Shown here piece by piece: positions 19,552 through 28,435 of a stretch of 51,314 bases of DNA. Within the stretch, counting starts at the first letter, position 1. Each line of letters starts with the position of its first letter. The stretch is taken from the IMG/VR virus record IMGVR_UViG_3300017828_000080, positions 1 through 51,314 of that record; one strand, given 5' to 3'. The translations under genes and the position numbers were made by a program. The notes beneath the pieces were generated by a model. The model did not search any database. It was not told the origin of the DNA and saw only the letters and a list, made by a program, of their open reading frames with translations. The stretch comes from a virus. Its lineage: Duplodnaviria > Caudoviricetes.

Positions 19552-19788
19552 CTATTCACATACAGGGCAATAAAACTCTTCCGCTCTATTGTCATAGAGT
19601 AAACTACTTGAACACTCTCTACATATAGCATCCCTTAATTCGCCAGTAATGCCATCCGAAAGAAGAGTCTCCTTAATGAAAACTTTACCACTGTATTTTT
19701 CGTATAAAAGACCATCCTTCATACTAGATTCTAAAGGTGGACTTGTTTCTGCTCCCTTCATATCAACCAAAGGGATTCTTTCCGCCAT
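19552..19788 (-). CDS. Zn-ribbon protein
   Basis: CRECSSSLLYD...FYCPVC, similar to 15727-15954. Confidence 0.6.
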   Translation of the reverse strand: MAERIPLVDMKGAETSPPLESSMKDGLLYEKYSGKVFIKETLLSDGITGELRDAICRECSSSLLYDNRAEEFYCPVCE

Positions 19789-22393
19789 TTGTCATATCCT
19801 TTTCAAGTTGACGTTTGCCAGTTCTCAATTCAGAAAACTTCCAATCGACTTCATTAATAATTGGGTCTATAGGTTTCCGTATAGCTCTTTCAATTATTGA
19901 CTCTTTATCAAGTCGAAACCCTTCAGGAATCTCTTCATCCCACTCTAAGGCCAACACATCAGTATTAGGAAGGCCAGATGGAGTCTGGTCTACATAATAA
20001 ACAAACGGGTCATCTCCTTCAGAAAACTGTTTATCGAGGTGTTTATTAGACCACATACAAGCCCTTGGAACTTCTCTGTTAGGATAGTCATGGAGTGCCT
20101 TATTGATAGAACCGGGAAGAGCAAACTTCTTTACATCTGAATTTTCTGCATGGATTTCATCAATCGCAGACTGAATATAATCAGACACAGTAACAAAATC
20201 CTCACTAGTGAGTATCATTTTTATTACTTTCTTTTGAAGCTTTGCTGTCATTTCAGGTGAATCTGCTCTACGATTTTCAAAACCCGAGATACTTATTTTT
20301 GCATCGGAATAATAAGTTCCTTCTTTCCAAAGTATATTTCCTGCATATCGTTTCTTCTTTCCCAATTGCATCCATGCAGAATATATTTTTTCCGGTTCCC
20401 ATTTCATACAGGTATAATTATCTCCATGCAATTCACTATCAACAAGAAATGGATGTTTGCCTTCAATGCCAATATCATCTGCTATTTTTGAAGCGTCTTT
20501 ATCCATTTCTTCTGAAATTTCGTGCAACTCATCAATCTGACCTTTGACAGTATCTCTTTTAAGTTGTATGAAATGACTGTCGGTGTCTCCGTACACTGCT
20601 TCGTACCCCAATTTCTCGATTGTCTTCCTACCTTTCCAGAGAGTATAACGGGCAGTTGAAGTAACTGCATCACCAAGATATTCATTCGCCAAACGCCAAT
20701 ATTTTGAGCTAGAAACGCCGTAGAAAGAATTCATCAAGACCTTTGTGGAACCTTGCTTCCTGTCCCACTTTGCTTCTTCAGAAGAGCCTTCTTCTGCCTC
20801 ATACATCAACTTCTTTTCTCTCTCCCGCTTTTTGAAAAGTTGCTTTAATGTTCTCGGAATGAGTCCTTGTTTATCTAGAGAAGCATATAACCATTCCATA
20901 TCAATGAGATGTTCATGAATATCACCATCAACCTTTTTTGGTTCAGGAACTTTAGGTATTTTTACGTATTCATCAAAAGTTTCTGGAGTTTCAGCAATAG
21001 TTTCAGTAGAAATATTCCATGTTATTATTGCAGATGGGTAGAGTGATTTCAAATCTGAAACTCCTACATCTTGAAATCTCCCGTCAGCAGCATCATCAAC
21101 ATATCCACCAGCGTTATCTATTAGTTCTGACTCATCAGCAGTCGGTAGAACTTCATCTTCACTCCTTCTGCTCATTACATATCCATCAACTAATCTTTTC
21201 TCATAAAACGTATCATAAATAGGGATAGAAGAATCAGCAGCAACGTCATAAAAGAAGTTATGAATATCATTAACATCATCAAGAGCAACTGTGAGAATAA
21301 CGTCAACAATATTGTATGCAATCAATCGAGATGGGTTATTTTCCCAATCGTGATTGATTTGAACATCATCTATCTTACCAACACCAAGTTCTTGATTAGA
21401 AACGTACTCAAGAGAACGAGAACGCCAATTACTAAAGGTTAATTTATCGCAGAATGCCTCTAGCATATCGAAAGGTGGCCTCCCCGGTATTTTCCGAAGT
21501 TCAGTTCTCGTATTGTTTAAATCATTATATGGTGAAAGCCATGAAGGATGAATATTTTCGTCAGAATTGTGTAATTTTTTCATCCTCCTTCTGATATAAG
21601 TACGGTCGAAGTCTACCCAATTCCAGCCACTAACCAAGTCGAAATCTTTTTCATTATTATAGTCAATATACTCTCTCAACATTTCTGTTTCTGTTTCGGA
21701 GATAACAATTTCAATATCTGATTCACAATACTTTTTCCAATCCATACCATCAGAATCTTTCAACTGCTCTTTTATTTTTGGTCTAATTTTGTCTGGAGTT
21801 AAACCACCAAACTTATCGTAATAGAAGACAGTATATCTTTGTTCATACGTATCATATGAGCAGATAACATTAATAGGTTCACTGGCTTCCTCTTTCATTT
21901 CATCAAAAGTTTTGTCTTCTGGGACGCGAACTTCAATGTCTGATACAGAAACTCTTGGCTTAATAACTTCATCGAAGTTAGGAGATGAATCAATATTATC
22001 AATATGAACTACTGGAAGATTGTTGAACGTCTCGTCTACTTCAGGAATATCCACATAACCGCTCAAACCGTCGTGAATGGCAACTCTTCTATAATAGGGA
22101 ATATCCCCCTCGCCAGTCCAAGAAAAACTGTCAGTAAGGCCTCCAGCTTGTTTAGGAGTTTCTGTAACAACTTTCTTCAATGGTTCATCAAAAAGAGACT
22201 CATATCCCGACTCAGTATATCTTATAAAGTCTTCGTTTGGCGTCTGTTCTTTTTCAGGTACGAATATATAAGGTTCTGTACCTTTTACGTACCCACTCCA
22301 GCGCCTTCCGTCTTCCATTGCTGCACAAAGACGTACAAGAACACCATACTCATCATCAACGATGTAGTCAGTCCACGTAACTCTACCTATCAT
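19763..22393 (-). CDS. polB: Family B DNA polymerase
   Basis: Exo motifs SDIEV, GWNWVDFD, YNIVD; polymerase motifs DLKSLYPS, KVLMNSFYG, YGDTDS, KKRYA; no intein seen. Confidence 0.96.
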   Translation of the reverse strand: MIGRVTWTDYIVDDEYGVLVRLCAAMEDGRRWSGYVKGTEPYIFVPEKEQTPNEDFIRYTESGYESLFDEPLKKVVTETPKQAGGLTDSFSWTGEGDIPYYRRVAIHDGLSGYVDIPEVDETFNNLPVVHIDNIDSSPNFDEVIKPRVSVSDIEVRVPEDKTFDEMKEEASEPINVICSYDTYEQRYTVFYYDKFGGLTPDKIRPKIKEQLKDSDGMDWKKYCESDIEIVISETETEMLREYIDYNNEKDFDLVSGWNWVDFDRTYIRRRMKKLHNSDENIHPSWLSPYNDLNNTRTELRKIPGRPPFDMLEAFCDKLTFSNWRSRSLEYVSNQELGVGKIDDVQINHDWENNPSRLIAYNIVDVILTVALDDVNDIHNFFYDVAADSSIPIYDTFYEKRLVDGYVMSRRSEDEVLPTADESELIDNAGGYVDDAADGRFQDVGVSDLKSLYPSAIITWNISTETIAETPETFDEYVKIPKVPEPKKVDGDIHEHLIDMEWLYASLDKQGLIPRTLKQLFKKREREKKLMYEAEEGSSEEAKWDRKQGSTKVLMNSFYGVSSSKYWRLANEYLGDAVTSTARYTLWKGRKTIEKLGYEAVYGDTDSHFIQLKRDTVKGQIDELHEISEEMDKDASKIADDIGIEGKHPFLVDSELHGDNYTCMKWEPEKIYSAWMQLGKKKRYAGNILWKEGTYYSDAKISISGFENRRADSPEMTAKLQKKVIKMILTSEDFVTVSDYIQSAIDEIHAENSDVKKFALPGSINKALHDYPNREVPRACMWSNKHLDKQFSEGDDPFVYYVDQTPSGLPNTDVLALEWDEEIPEGFRLDKESIIERAIRKPIDPIINEVDWKFSELRTGKRQLEKDMTNGGKNPFG

Positions 22394-22396
22394 TGT

Positions 22397-22600
22397 CTAT
22401 GGAAACTTCATATTAACAAAGTGGTTAGAAACTGCCAATGTAAAAAGTAGAATGGAGTTAAGGTAAGCAAAGTTCATTTCGTTTGTCAAAAGCGACCAAA
22501 TAAGACAAGTAAAAAGAATAAAACCGACGAGTATACCTGCTATGTTTATATTTACTTGTTTGACTTCATCGGGTCGTGGTTTTTGTGGTTGCTCTTGCAT
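22397..22600 (-). CDS. Small membrane protein
   Basis: Two hydrophobic segments; likely start MQEQ. Confidence 0.55.
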   Translation of the reverse strand: MQEQPQKPRPDEVKQVNINIAGILVGFILFTCLIWSLLTNEMNFAYLNSILLFTLAVSNHFVNMKFP

Positions 22601-22626
22601 AATAAGAAAAAAAGGACTTTTTACTT

Positions 22627-22887
22627 TTAACTGTTTCGTTCTTCGTATTCTTCCTGAGAGCAAGTTAAATCGTCTTCATCATGAGTCCAAATAGGACGAA
22701 CTGATGGTACCTCAAAATGATATTGATGGCCTTTATCGTCTACACGATGTTTAGGATAAGGAACACGAGATGTAACTATTTCATTACAAGCAAAACATAG
22801 AGCTTCTGCTTGCTTTTTACGTATTATCAACTCCATCTCTTGCATTCCGCAGTTCGGACAAGTAAGTAAATCATCTACATCTGTCAT
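22627..22887 (-). CDS. CPxCG zinc-finger protein
   Basis: CPNCG...CFAC. Confidence 0.65.
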   Translation of the reverse strand: MTDVDDLLTCPNCGMQEMELIIRKKQAEALCFACNEIVTSRVPYPKHRVDDKGHQYHFEVPSVRPIWTHDEDDLTCSQEEYEERNS

Positions 22888-22893
22888 AGATGT

Positions 22894-23091
22894 TCACTTC
22901 CATACCCCATATTCACCGCCACACTGGGAACACTGCCAAACGCATTTAACTCTTGGCCCCTCCCCTAAGCGAACTTTCACTTTGACTGGTTTATGCAAAG
23001 TTCTAATTGATTTCAATTCTCCATTACTTTCTCTTCTTGAACAATCAATACACATTTTCTCTTCTTTTTCGGGTATTTTTACTTCTCTCAT
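22894..23091 (-). CDS. Zn-ribbon protein, paralog of 23088-23285
   Basis: VKIPEK..CIDCS...WQCSQCG; ATGA overlap. Confidence 0.7.
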   Translation of the reverse strand: MREVKIPEKEEKMCIDCSRRESNGELKSIRTLHKPVKVKVRLGEGPRVKCVWQCSQCGGEYGVWK

Positions 23092-23285
23092 AGTTGCTCC
23101 GCTCCGCATTCTAGACATTCCCATTCTAATTTAGTCCTTGTCCCACCTCTAGCTTTTGGATGGGCTTTTACTGAAATTGGTTTTTGTAAAGTCTTAAATA
23201 CTTCTAAATCGCCGTCCGAACCTTCTTCTTTTGAACATTTTATACACAAACGTTCTCGTTCTTCTGGTATTTTTACTTTCTTCAT
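23088..23285 (-). CDS. Zn-ribbon protein, paralog of 22894-23091
   Basis: VKIPEE..CIKCS...WECLECG. Confidence 0.7.
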   Translation of the reverse strand: MKKVKIPEERERLCIKCSKEEGSDGDLEVFKTLQKPISVKAHPKARGGTRTKLEWECLECGAEQL

Positions 23286-23287
23286 AA

Positions 23288-24118
23288 TTAAAACATCCTC
23301 GTGGAACCGAGTATTGGATTTCCAATTTCGATTTCATTTGGTCCTATATTTTCTGCTCCTACAGGACTATCTTCGCAGTGGTGTTTGTATGAACAGAAGT
23401 AACATCTACTTTGCTCTGGTTTTGCTTCCCATTCAGAAAGAACTTCATTCTGAAGGATTTTATCTTTATACTCTAAAATTTCTTGCCAGTATTTATTCTC
23501 TTTTTCATTCCAGAAGACCTTGCCATCTGTAACCCGTGGATGTAGAGACTGAGTTTCTTCGTCAAGATAAACAAATATAATTGCTTCAGGATATTCCCCA
23601 TAAATTTCATAGTGCATTTCAGCATACATACCTCCTTGTACGCGCTCTTTCCACTCTTCATTCACTTCACCAGTCTTCCAGTCCACAACTGAATTCGTAT
23701 AAGTCCTATCATCCTGTTGAACATCAGCAATTAAATCAGCCAACCCCTTATACCTAATGCCATCACGGTTCATTGACCATTTTTCTTCGACGTGACTCAC
23801 TTCTTCTACAAAAGAACTTATCCACCTTGAAGCAGTTGAAAGACAATTATCTACTTTATCATTATCAGAATAATTATAATCTAAATGCTCCTTTTCTGTT
23901 TTCAATGCTTCAAGCAACTGTTGCTGATTATTAAGACTGTTTGAACTTCTCAAAACATTTTCAATAGAGTCATGAACAGTATTCCCAATCTCAAAGTGTT
24001 CTATCTCACCTTCCTCTGGCTCAGGAACTTCTGAAAGATAATGCAGATAAAATCGCTTTGGACATTCAACAAATTTTTTGACACCACTTGCTGAAAGTTC
24101 TTCAACTTTTTTTGTCAT
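23288..24118 (-). CDS. Cas4/RecB-like PD-(D/E)xK exonuclease with Fe-S staple
   Basis: LSAS...CPKRF, GNTVH, GLADL, VDWKTG, Q..MY, CYFCSYKHHC. Confidence 0.88.
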   Translation of the reverse strand: MTKKVEELSASGVKKFVECPKRFYLHYLSEVPEPEEGEIEHFEIGNTVHDSIENVLRSSNSLNNQQQLLEALKTEKEHLDYNYSDNDKVDNCLSTASRWISSFVEEVSHVEEKWSMNRDGIRYKGLADLIADVQQDDRTYTNSVVDWKTGEVNEEWKERVQGGMYAEMHYEIYGEYPEAIIFVYLDEETQSLHPRVTDGKVFWNEKENKYWQEILEYKDKILQNEVLSEWEAKPEQSRCYFCSYKHHCEDSPVGAENIGPNEIEIGNPILGSTRMF

Positions 24119-24300
24119 ATATGTACCACTATTGTTCCCTGATTGCATTTTGGACACTCGTATTCTGTAAATCCACTGCGTGTAACGGAACTGTGAAAAC
24201 CATCTTTTTCTTTCCACTCATTCCTTCTGAATGATTCAGCACAGTCTGGACAAACGTGATGTTCCCCAAGGTCTTGAGTATCAATCTCAATTCTAGTCAT
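24115..24300 (-). CDS. Zinc-finger microprotein
   Basis: CPDC...CPKC; ATGA overlap with the nuclease gene. Confidence 0.7.
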   Translation of the reverse strand: MTRIEIDTQDLGEHHVCPDCAESFRRNEWKEKDGFHSSVTRSGFTEYECPKCNQGTIVVHI

Positions 24301-24466
24301 CTACTTCACCCCTTTCTTTCCAATGAACGTAAATATTACCTTCTGACGGTCGAACGTCAATTGTAGTAACTCTTTTCTCTGAAAAGTCAGGATGATTTAG
24401 AAGTTCTTCGATGTTTATACTTCTGCGTGAAGTGCTAAAACGCATCGGATTGTTTAAATCACTCAT
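24293..24466 (-). CDS. Small hypothetical protein (57 aa, not in ORF track)
   Basis: MSDLNNPMRFSTSRRSINIEELLNHPDFSEKRVTTIDVRPSEGNIYVHWKERGEVDD fills the gap and overlaps both neighbours. Confidence 0.5.
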   Translation of the reverse strand: MSDLNNPMRFSTSRRSINIEELLNHPDFSEKRVTTIDVRPSEGNIYVHWKERGEVDD

Positions 24467-25439
24467 AGCTTGGAATACTGCTATACTGAGCTACAGGCAG
24501 TTTAGCAATGAACGAGTTGGTCTGTACTGCTGGACTTGCACCCTCTAAAATATTTTTCTCCATTTCTGCAACTTGACTCATCATATACCATCGGACATCA
24601 GTTTGAATTTCATCCGTTCTCTTTAGGCAAGTCATTACGTCTTTACAGAATCTTGAATGGTCAACAACTTCAGGTTGTATTTGCCGAACGTTAAGATTCA
24701 TTGCCTCTTCTATGTCGCCATTTAGTGCTAATTCTAGCATTTCTTGTATATCCTCTCTGGAAACCTGTAGATTTACAAAATCAATTGAATCTTTTGTTAG
24801 TTCTCCGTCCTGAACACTCATTTGGAGGGTATGGACTGCTCTACGTGCATCTCCCTGAACATAATCAACTATACTTTTCACAGCATCATCTTGAACATCA
24901 ATATTCTCACCTTCTATGATACGGAATAGGACAGTCTCAATTTCATCATCTTCTAACTTCTTGAATGGAAGCAAAGAACATCGTGACTGAATTGGGTCAA
25001 TAAGTTTGTTATGATAGTTTGCATTTAAAATAAATCGAGTCTGGTCAGAATAGGTTTCCATCGTCCGACGTAGAGCCGATTGCGCGTCTTTTGTAAGATT
25101 GTCGCTCTCATCAAGAAATATAATTTTAAACGGATAATCACCGACAGTAGATTGTTGAGCAATCGACTTTATATCGTCTCTTATAACATCAATTCCTCTA
25201 TCATCAGACGCATTTTTCTCAATAAAATTAGACTTCCAATCTTCACCATATATTTCTTTAGCAAGGGCGATTGCAGAAGTTGTTTTACCAGTTCCGGCTG
25301 GACCATAAAAGAGAAGATTGTTCATTGAGGAATCATCAACATAGTTTTCCAATCTCTCTACAGAATCTTCGTTACCTACAACATCATCCAAACTATCCGG
25401 TCTGTAAACTTCTGTCCAAGGTACTTCGACTGCTTTCAT
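24459..25439 (-). CDS. rfcS: Replication factor C small subunit
   Basis: WTEVYRP, GPAGTGKT, NASDDRGID, LDESD, AQSALRRTME, PIQSRC, GDARRA. Confidence 0.95.
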   Translation of the reverse strand: MKAVEVPWTEVYRPDSLDDVVGNEDSVERLENYVDDSSMNNLLFYGPAGTGKTTSAIALAKEIYGEDWKSNFIEKNASDDRGIDVIRDDIKSIAQQSTVGDYPFKIIFLDESDNLTKDAQSALRRTMETYSDQTRFILNANYHNKLIDPIQSRCSLLPFKKLEDDEIETVLFRIIEGENIDVQDDAVKSIVDYVQGDARRAVHTLQMSVQDGELTKDSIDFVNLQVSREDIQEMLELALNGDIEEAMNLNVRQIQPEVVDHSRFCKDVMTCLKRTDEIQTDVRWYMMSQVAEMEKNILEGASPAVQTNSFIAKLPVAQYSSIPSYE

Positions 25440-25484
25440 TACACCCTAACTAACACTGTGACGCTTAAAAGAGTTATGAAATCA

Positions 25485-25559
25485 CGGACACGGAGGGATT
25501 TGAACCCTCAATCTTCCCGTTAGAAGCGGGATATTTTATCCGAGTTAAACTACGTGTCC
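25485..25559 (-). tRNA. tRNA-Arg (anticodon UCU)
   Basis: Acceptor GGACACG/CGTGTCC, anticodon arm TCCCG-CT TCT AA-CGGGA, T arm GAGGG-TTCAAAT-CCCTC; no encoded CCA. Confidence 0.93.
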
Positions 25560-25564
25560 AGATG

Positions 25565-25780
25565 ATTTGTTTCCCGTCACCTCAACCGTCTGTCTCTGGG
25601 GAATATCTATCGCACGTTCACTCGGTTCAACCGTGCAACCGTGCTTCGATTTCCCATATTCCTGTGGGCCACTACCCCACATAGAATTTTAAGAAGCTCT
25701 GGCAAATTTTGCATGACTCTAGATGGCAATTTACCAGTCAAGGTCTGACGGGCTTTCAACCAAGTTTTCATCTTGGCTCC
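25565..25780 (-). ncRNA. Candidate structured non-coding RNA 1
   Basis: No gene-sized ORF, own TATA promoter, closing helix CCCGTCA/TGACGGG with several internal stems. Confidence 0.55.
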
Positions 25781-25802
25781 ATTACTTCTTTAGACGGGGA
25801 TG

Positions 25803-25817
25803 TATAAAAACCCTTTG
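25803..25817 (-). promoter_or_regulatory. Promoter for candidate ncRNA 1 / tRNA-Arg
   Basis: CAAAGGGTTTTTATA matches the genome-wide BRE/TATA pattern. Confidence 0.6.
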
Positions 25818-25822
25818 ATTAA

Positions 25823-25908
25823 TGCATCCGGCAGGATTTGAACCTGCGAACCCCTACGAGAACGGGTCTTAAGCCCGTCGCCTTTGACCAGACTCGGCTC
25901 ACGGATGC
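25823..25908 (-). tRNA. tRNA-Leu (anticodon UAA)
   Basis: Acceptor GCATCCG/CGGATGC plus discriminator A, anticodon arm ACGGG-CT TAA GA-CCCGT, long variable arm, GCAGG-TTCAAAT-CCTGC. Confidence 0.93.
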
Positions 25909-25914
25909 TCTTTT

Positions 25915-26075
25915 ATTAAATAGAGGTTCAGGAAAAGAATGCTCATATCCTTCAGGGAGGCGTCATAACATTCTTCCCCAAACCCGGAGAGAAATCGAAC
26001 AAACTGTGAACACAAACACCTGTGATTGTAGTTATGGTGAAGCACAACCTTGAGAGCATTTTCTATCACAGGCAA
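25915..26075 (-). ncRNA. Candidate pseudoknotted non-coding RNA 2
   Basis: Starts about 22 nt after a consensus promoter; stem GCCTGTGAT/ATCACAGGT whose loop is complementary to downstream segments. Confidence 0.45.
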
Positions 26076-26095
26076 TTAATCATACCTTTGCTATG

Positions 26096-26110
26096 TTAAA
26101 AAGACTTTCG
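26096..26110 (-). promoter_or_regulatory. Promoter for candidate ncRNA 2 / tRNA-Leu
   Basis: CGAAAGTCTTTTTAA. Confidence 0.7.
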
Positions 26111-26113
26111 ATG

Positions 26114-26458
26114 CTATAATTTTTTTACTTCTCCAACAACATCTCCGGGCGAATTAGTCATAAATGTACTAACTCCTTCAATAGTGTCATCACCAGTAAA
26201 GTCTCTCTCAATCGTGGGGCAAATAGCAGCATCACCATTAGAAAGTTTGTGGGAATAATCTTGATTATAAATCGTAATTTCTGCTATAAGTTTCCCACCT
26301 CGAACAAAACAACTATCAACTAAACCGACAACATTATGTGTTCTTTCCATCCGCGAATTCTTGTATATATGCAAACCTTCAAAACTCTCTGCAACTTCTT
26401 CATTTATAGTGTACGGTGCTTCTTCTGTCAAAAGTGTAGCTTCAAATTTTTCTGTCAT
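26114..26458 (-). CDS. Hypothetical protein resembling a degenerate prohead-protease domain
   Basis: AESFEGLHI..N...VVGLV...I...L.NG...ICP aligns by eye with the protease domain at 38437. Confidence 0.45.
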   Translation of the reverse strand: MTEKFEATLLTEEAPYTINEEVAESFEGLHIYKNSRMERTHNVVGLVDSCFVRGGKLIAEITIYNQDYSHKLSNGDAAICPTIERDFTGDDTIEGVSTFMTNSPGDVVGEVKKL

Positions 26459-27600
26459 TGGTATGGATAAAGTGCTTTTCCCGATTTGTATCTATGCGTT
26501 TCGCAATCTTCTTTTTCGTTAGAGTACTGTTCAAAATTAGAATTATAAACACAAAGACCAAGACTTTGAAGACGGCTGCAAGAAAGTTCAGAATATTTAC
26601 TTTTCCATATATTCTCCGTCATTTTCTTTGTAACTTTTCTATCATAATCAATCCAGCCTATTTGACTTATTATTTCTTGCACTTCTTTAGGTTTAAAGCC
26701 TACTTGATAAAGCAAAACAGTTCCAGTAAATCGTATCATGTGATGAGGATTACTACTCAAAAATCTCTCTCTAACACATGGCAGAGGTATGCATGAATTG
26801 ATTATATATTTGACGTTCTCTGGAACTTCCACATCTCCCTTAATTTCAACTGTACCTGTATTACCGTCATCTAAATCAACGTCATCATAAACTTGAAGTG
26901 TAGGCCTATTCGCCTCTTCATATCTACTATGAAATGAAATATCTTTTGGTTGCGAGCAACGGGAAAGTAAGTCATGAACATTATTATTAAGAACTTCAGG
27001 TTCAGTCATGGGAATACACCATGCTCCAGCAGGACCATTTTCATCTACCCTCTGACTATTCGGGATTCTGAGAATGCGTTTAGTGTCTGTAACAATTTGC
27101 CTGTCCCATGTAGACAAATCGCATTCTTCAACATAATGCATCGATGTGCTTGCCTTTTTTTCTGTTGGCTCTGTTTCTTCTTGAAAAAGTAAGTACGAAT
27201 GAACGCCTAAACCAGAAAAAACAGAAATCACAGGTATTCCTCTTTCCCAACATTCACCAACTAAAGATTGCACATCAGACCAAACCTCACCTAAAATTTC
27301 TGATGCTATTTCTTCATCTTCTCTCATCTTAGATATTTTTTCTGCATCAGAAGTTCCCTCTTCAAACAAACTGTTTTTCAACGGACTGTCGAAGTCAAAA
27401 GGAACTAAACCAGTCACAGGCCGCATATCTTGTCTCATGCGTGCAATGTTAAAGTACAAGTTTTTGTCTGGCCTATTACTATTGAAAAATAAATCAAATT
27501 CAGATTCACCATGAACATAAGTCTGTTTCAAAACACCATCTTCTGATGCTGCAACTGTTCGGGGCCACCCATTACACAGTATTTCCGTTGCCGTATTCAT
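26455..27600 (-). CDS. Archaeo-eukaryotic primase, PriS catalytic domain fused to PriL-like Fe-S domain
   Basis: FDFDS, FSGLGVH, RILRIPNS; C-terminal LPC...PHHMIRF...SCSRL..LGLC...C. Confidence 0.85.
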   Translation of the reverse strand: MNTATEILCNGWPRTVAASEDGVLKQTYVHGESEFDLFFNSNRPDKNLYFNIARMRQDMRPVTGLVPFDFDSPLKNSLFEEGTSDAEKISKMREDEEIASEILGEVWSDVQSLVGECWERGIPVISVFSGLGVHSYLLFQEETEPTEKKASTSMHYVEECDLSTWDRQIVTDTKRILRIPNSQRVDENGPAGAWCIPMTEPEVLNNNVHDLLSRCSQPKDISFHSRYEEANRPTLQVYDDVDLDDGNTGTVEIKGDVEVPENVKYIINSCIPLPCVRERFLSSNPHHMIRFTGTVLLYQVGFKPKEVQEIISQIGWIDYDRKVTKKMTENIWKSKYSELSCSRLQSLGLCVYNSNFEQYSNEKEDCETHRYKSGKALYPYQ

Positions 27601-28433
27601 CCCTCTGTTGGAATAATACAGTATCTTAGTGTCAAAGCTTCATCGTTACTTTGTCGAACGATTGAAATCGGAGAATCTTGTTCAATACTAACTTGTATTT
27701 TTCCCGTTACAGTACTGAATAGTTCTTCAAACCCACGAGAATAAGTATTACTGACATCTGGACCCTCAACGTTATTCGCATTCAAAGAACCATGTACTGA
27801 GTCTCTATCTTCACTGTCCGTCGCTTCCAAAACAAATTCACCATCTTCTATGACAACAGGATATTGAGATAAAGCAAATGAGTCAAAAGAAACTACATTA
27901 AGTATTTTCTCAAATTCATCCGTATGAGTCTCGAAAGAGGTTTCAAGTGGTTCATTGTTACTGGATTTCCTCCAGTTTTCATTTTCATCATAAAGATTAA
28001 CAATACCTAACTGTTTAGATTCATAGTCGCTATCTGATGAAGGGACATAAATATCAGCAGTTAAGTCCCCAATAATGCGAACATGGTCAGCTTTATTTTC
28101 ACCACCCGGAATACCATAAAACTCAACAGTGAGATTTTCACCACCAACAAATTCCAAGTAGTCCTGCATCCGTGGCGCTCTTATATTACTCTGCATTCCA
28201 GCAGATTCATCAACTTCTGAATGAAGTGAAATATTTTCAACTAGTGGAGGTTGATAAGTACAGTATGCAGTCACGGAAGCTCCAGCATTCGCAACAGTAC
28301 GGACTTCTTCCGAAGCAACATTGACATACACTTGATTATATGTCTCGTCAAAAGGTGCTGAAGACCATGAAATCATTTTCTGCATATTATCCATTGTCGT
28401 TTCAAACCGACCAAGTATTTCAGTTTCAGACAT
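27597..28433 (-). CDS. PCNA-like sliding clamp
   Basis: 278-aa acidic protein with PCNA-like pattern (SNTYSRGF...DSPISI...LRYCIIP); replisome context. Confidence 0.7.
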   Translation of the reverse strand: MSETEILGRFETTMDNMQKMISWSSAPFDETYNQVYVNVASEEVRTVANAGASVTAYCTYQPPLVENISLHSEVDESAGMQSNIRAPRMQDYLEFVGGENLTVEFYGIPGGENKADHVRIIGDLTADIYVPSSDSDYESKQLGIVNLYDENENWRKSSNNEPLETSFETHTDEFEKILNVVSFDSFALSQYPVVIEDGEFVLEATDSEDRDSVHGSLNANNVEGPDVSNTYSRGFEELFSTVTGKIQVSIEQDSPISIVRQSNDEALTLRYCIIPTEG

Positions 28434-28435
28434 GG

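Noticed and set aside
19763-22393. Possible intein in PolB (also checked RFC, TerL, helicase)
   Set aside because: Lengths are normal, motifs contiguous, no intein splice or LAGLIDADG motifs seen
23288-24118. Cas4-like gene as sign of a CRISPR-Cas locus
   Set aside because: No repeat-spacer array or other cas genes seen; solo Cas4-like nucleases are common in viral recombination modules
25440-25484. HDV-like (theta) ribozyme downstream of the tRNAs
   Set aside because: Sequences 3' of both tRNAs are short AT-rich promoter regions with no nested pseudoknot
25838-26053. Plus-strand 71-aa ORF
   Set aside because: Antisense to tRNA-Leu, non-acidic, no ATG start
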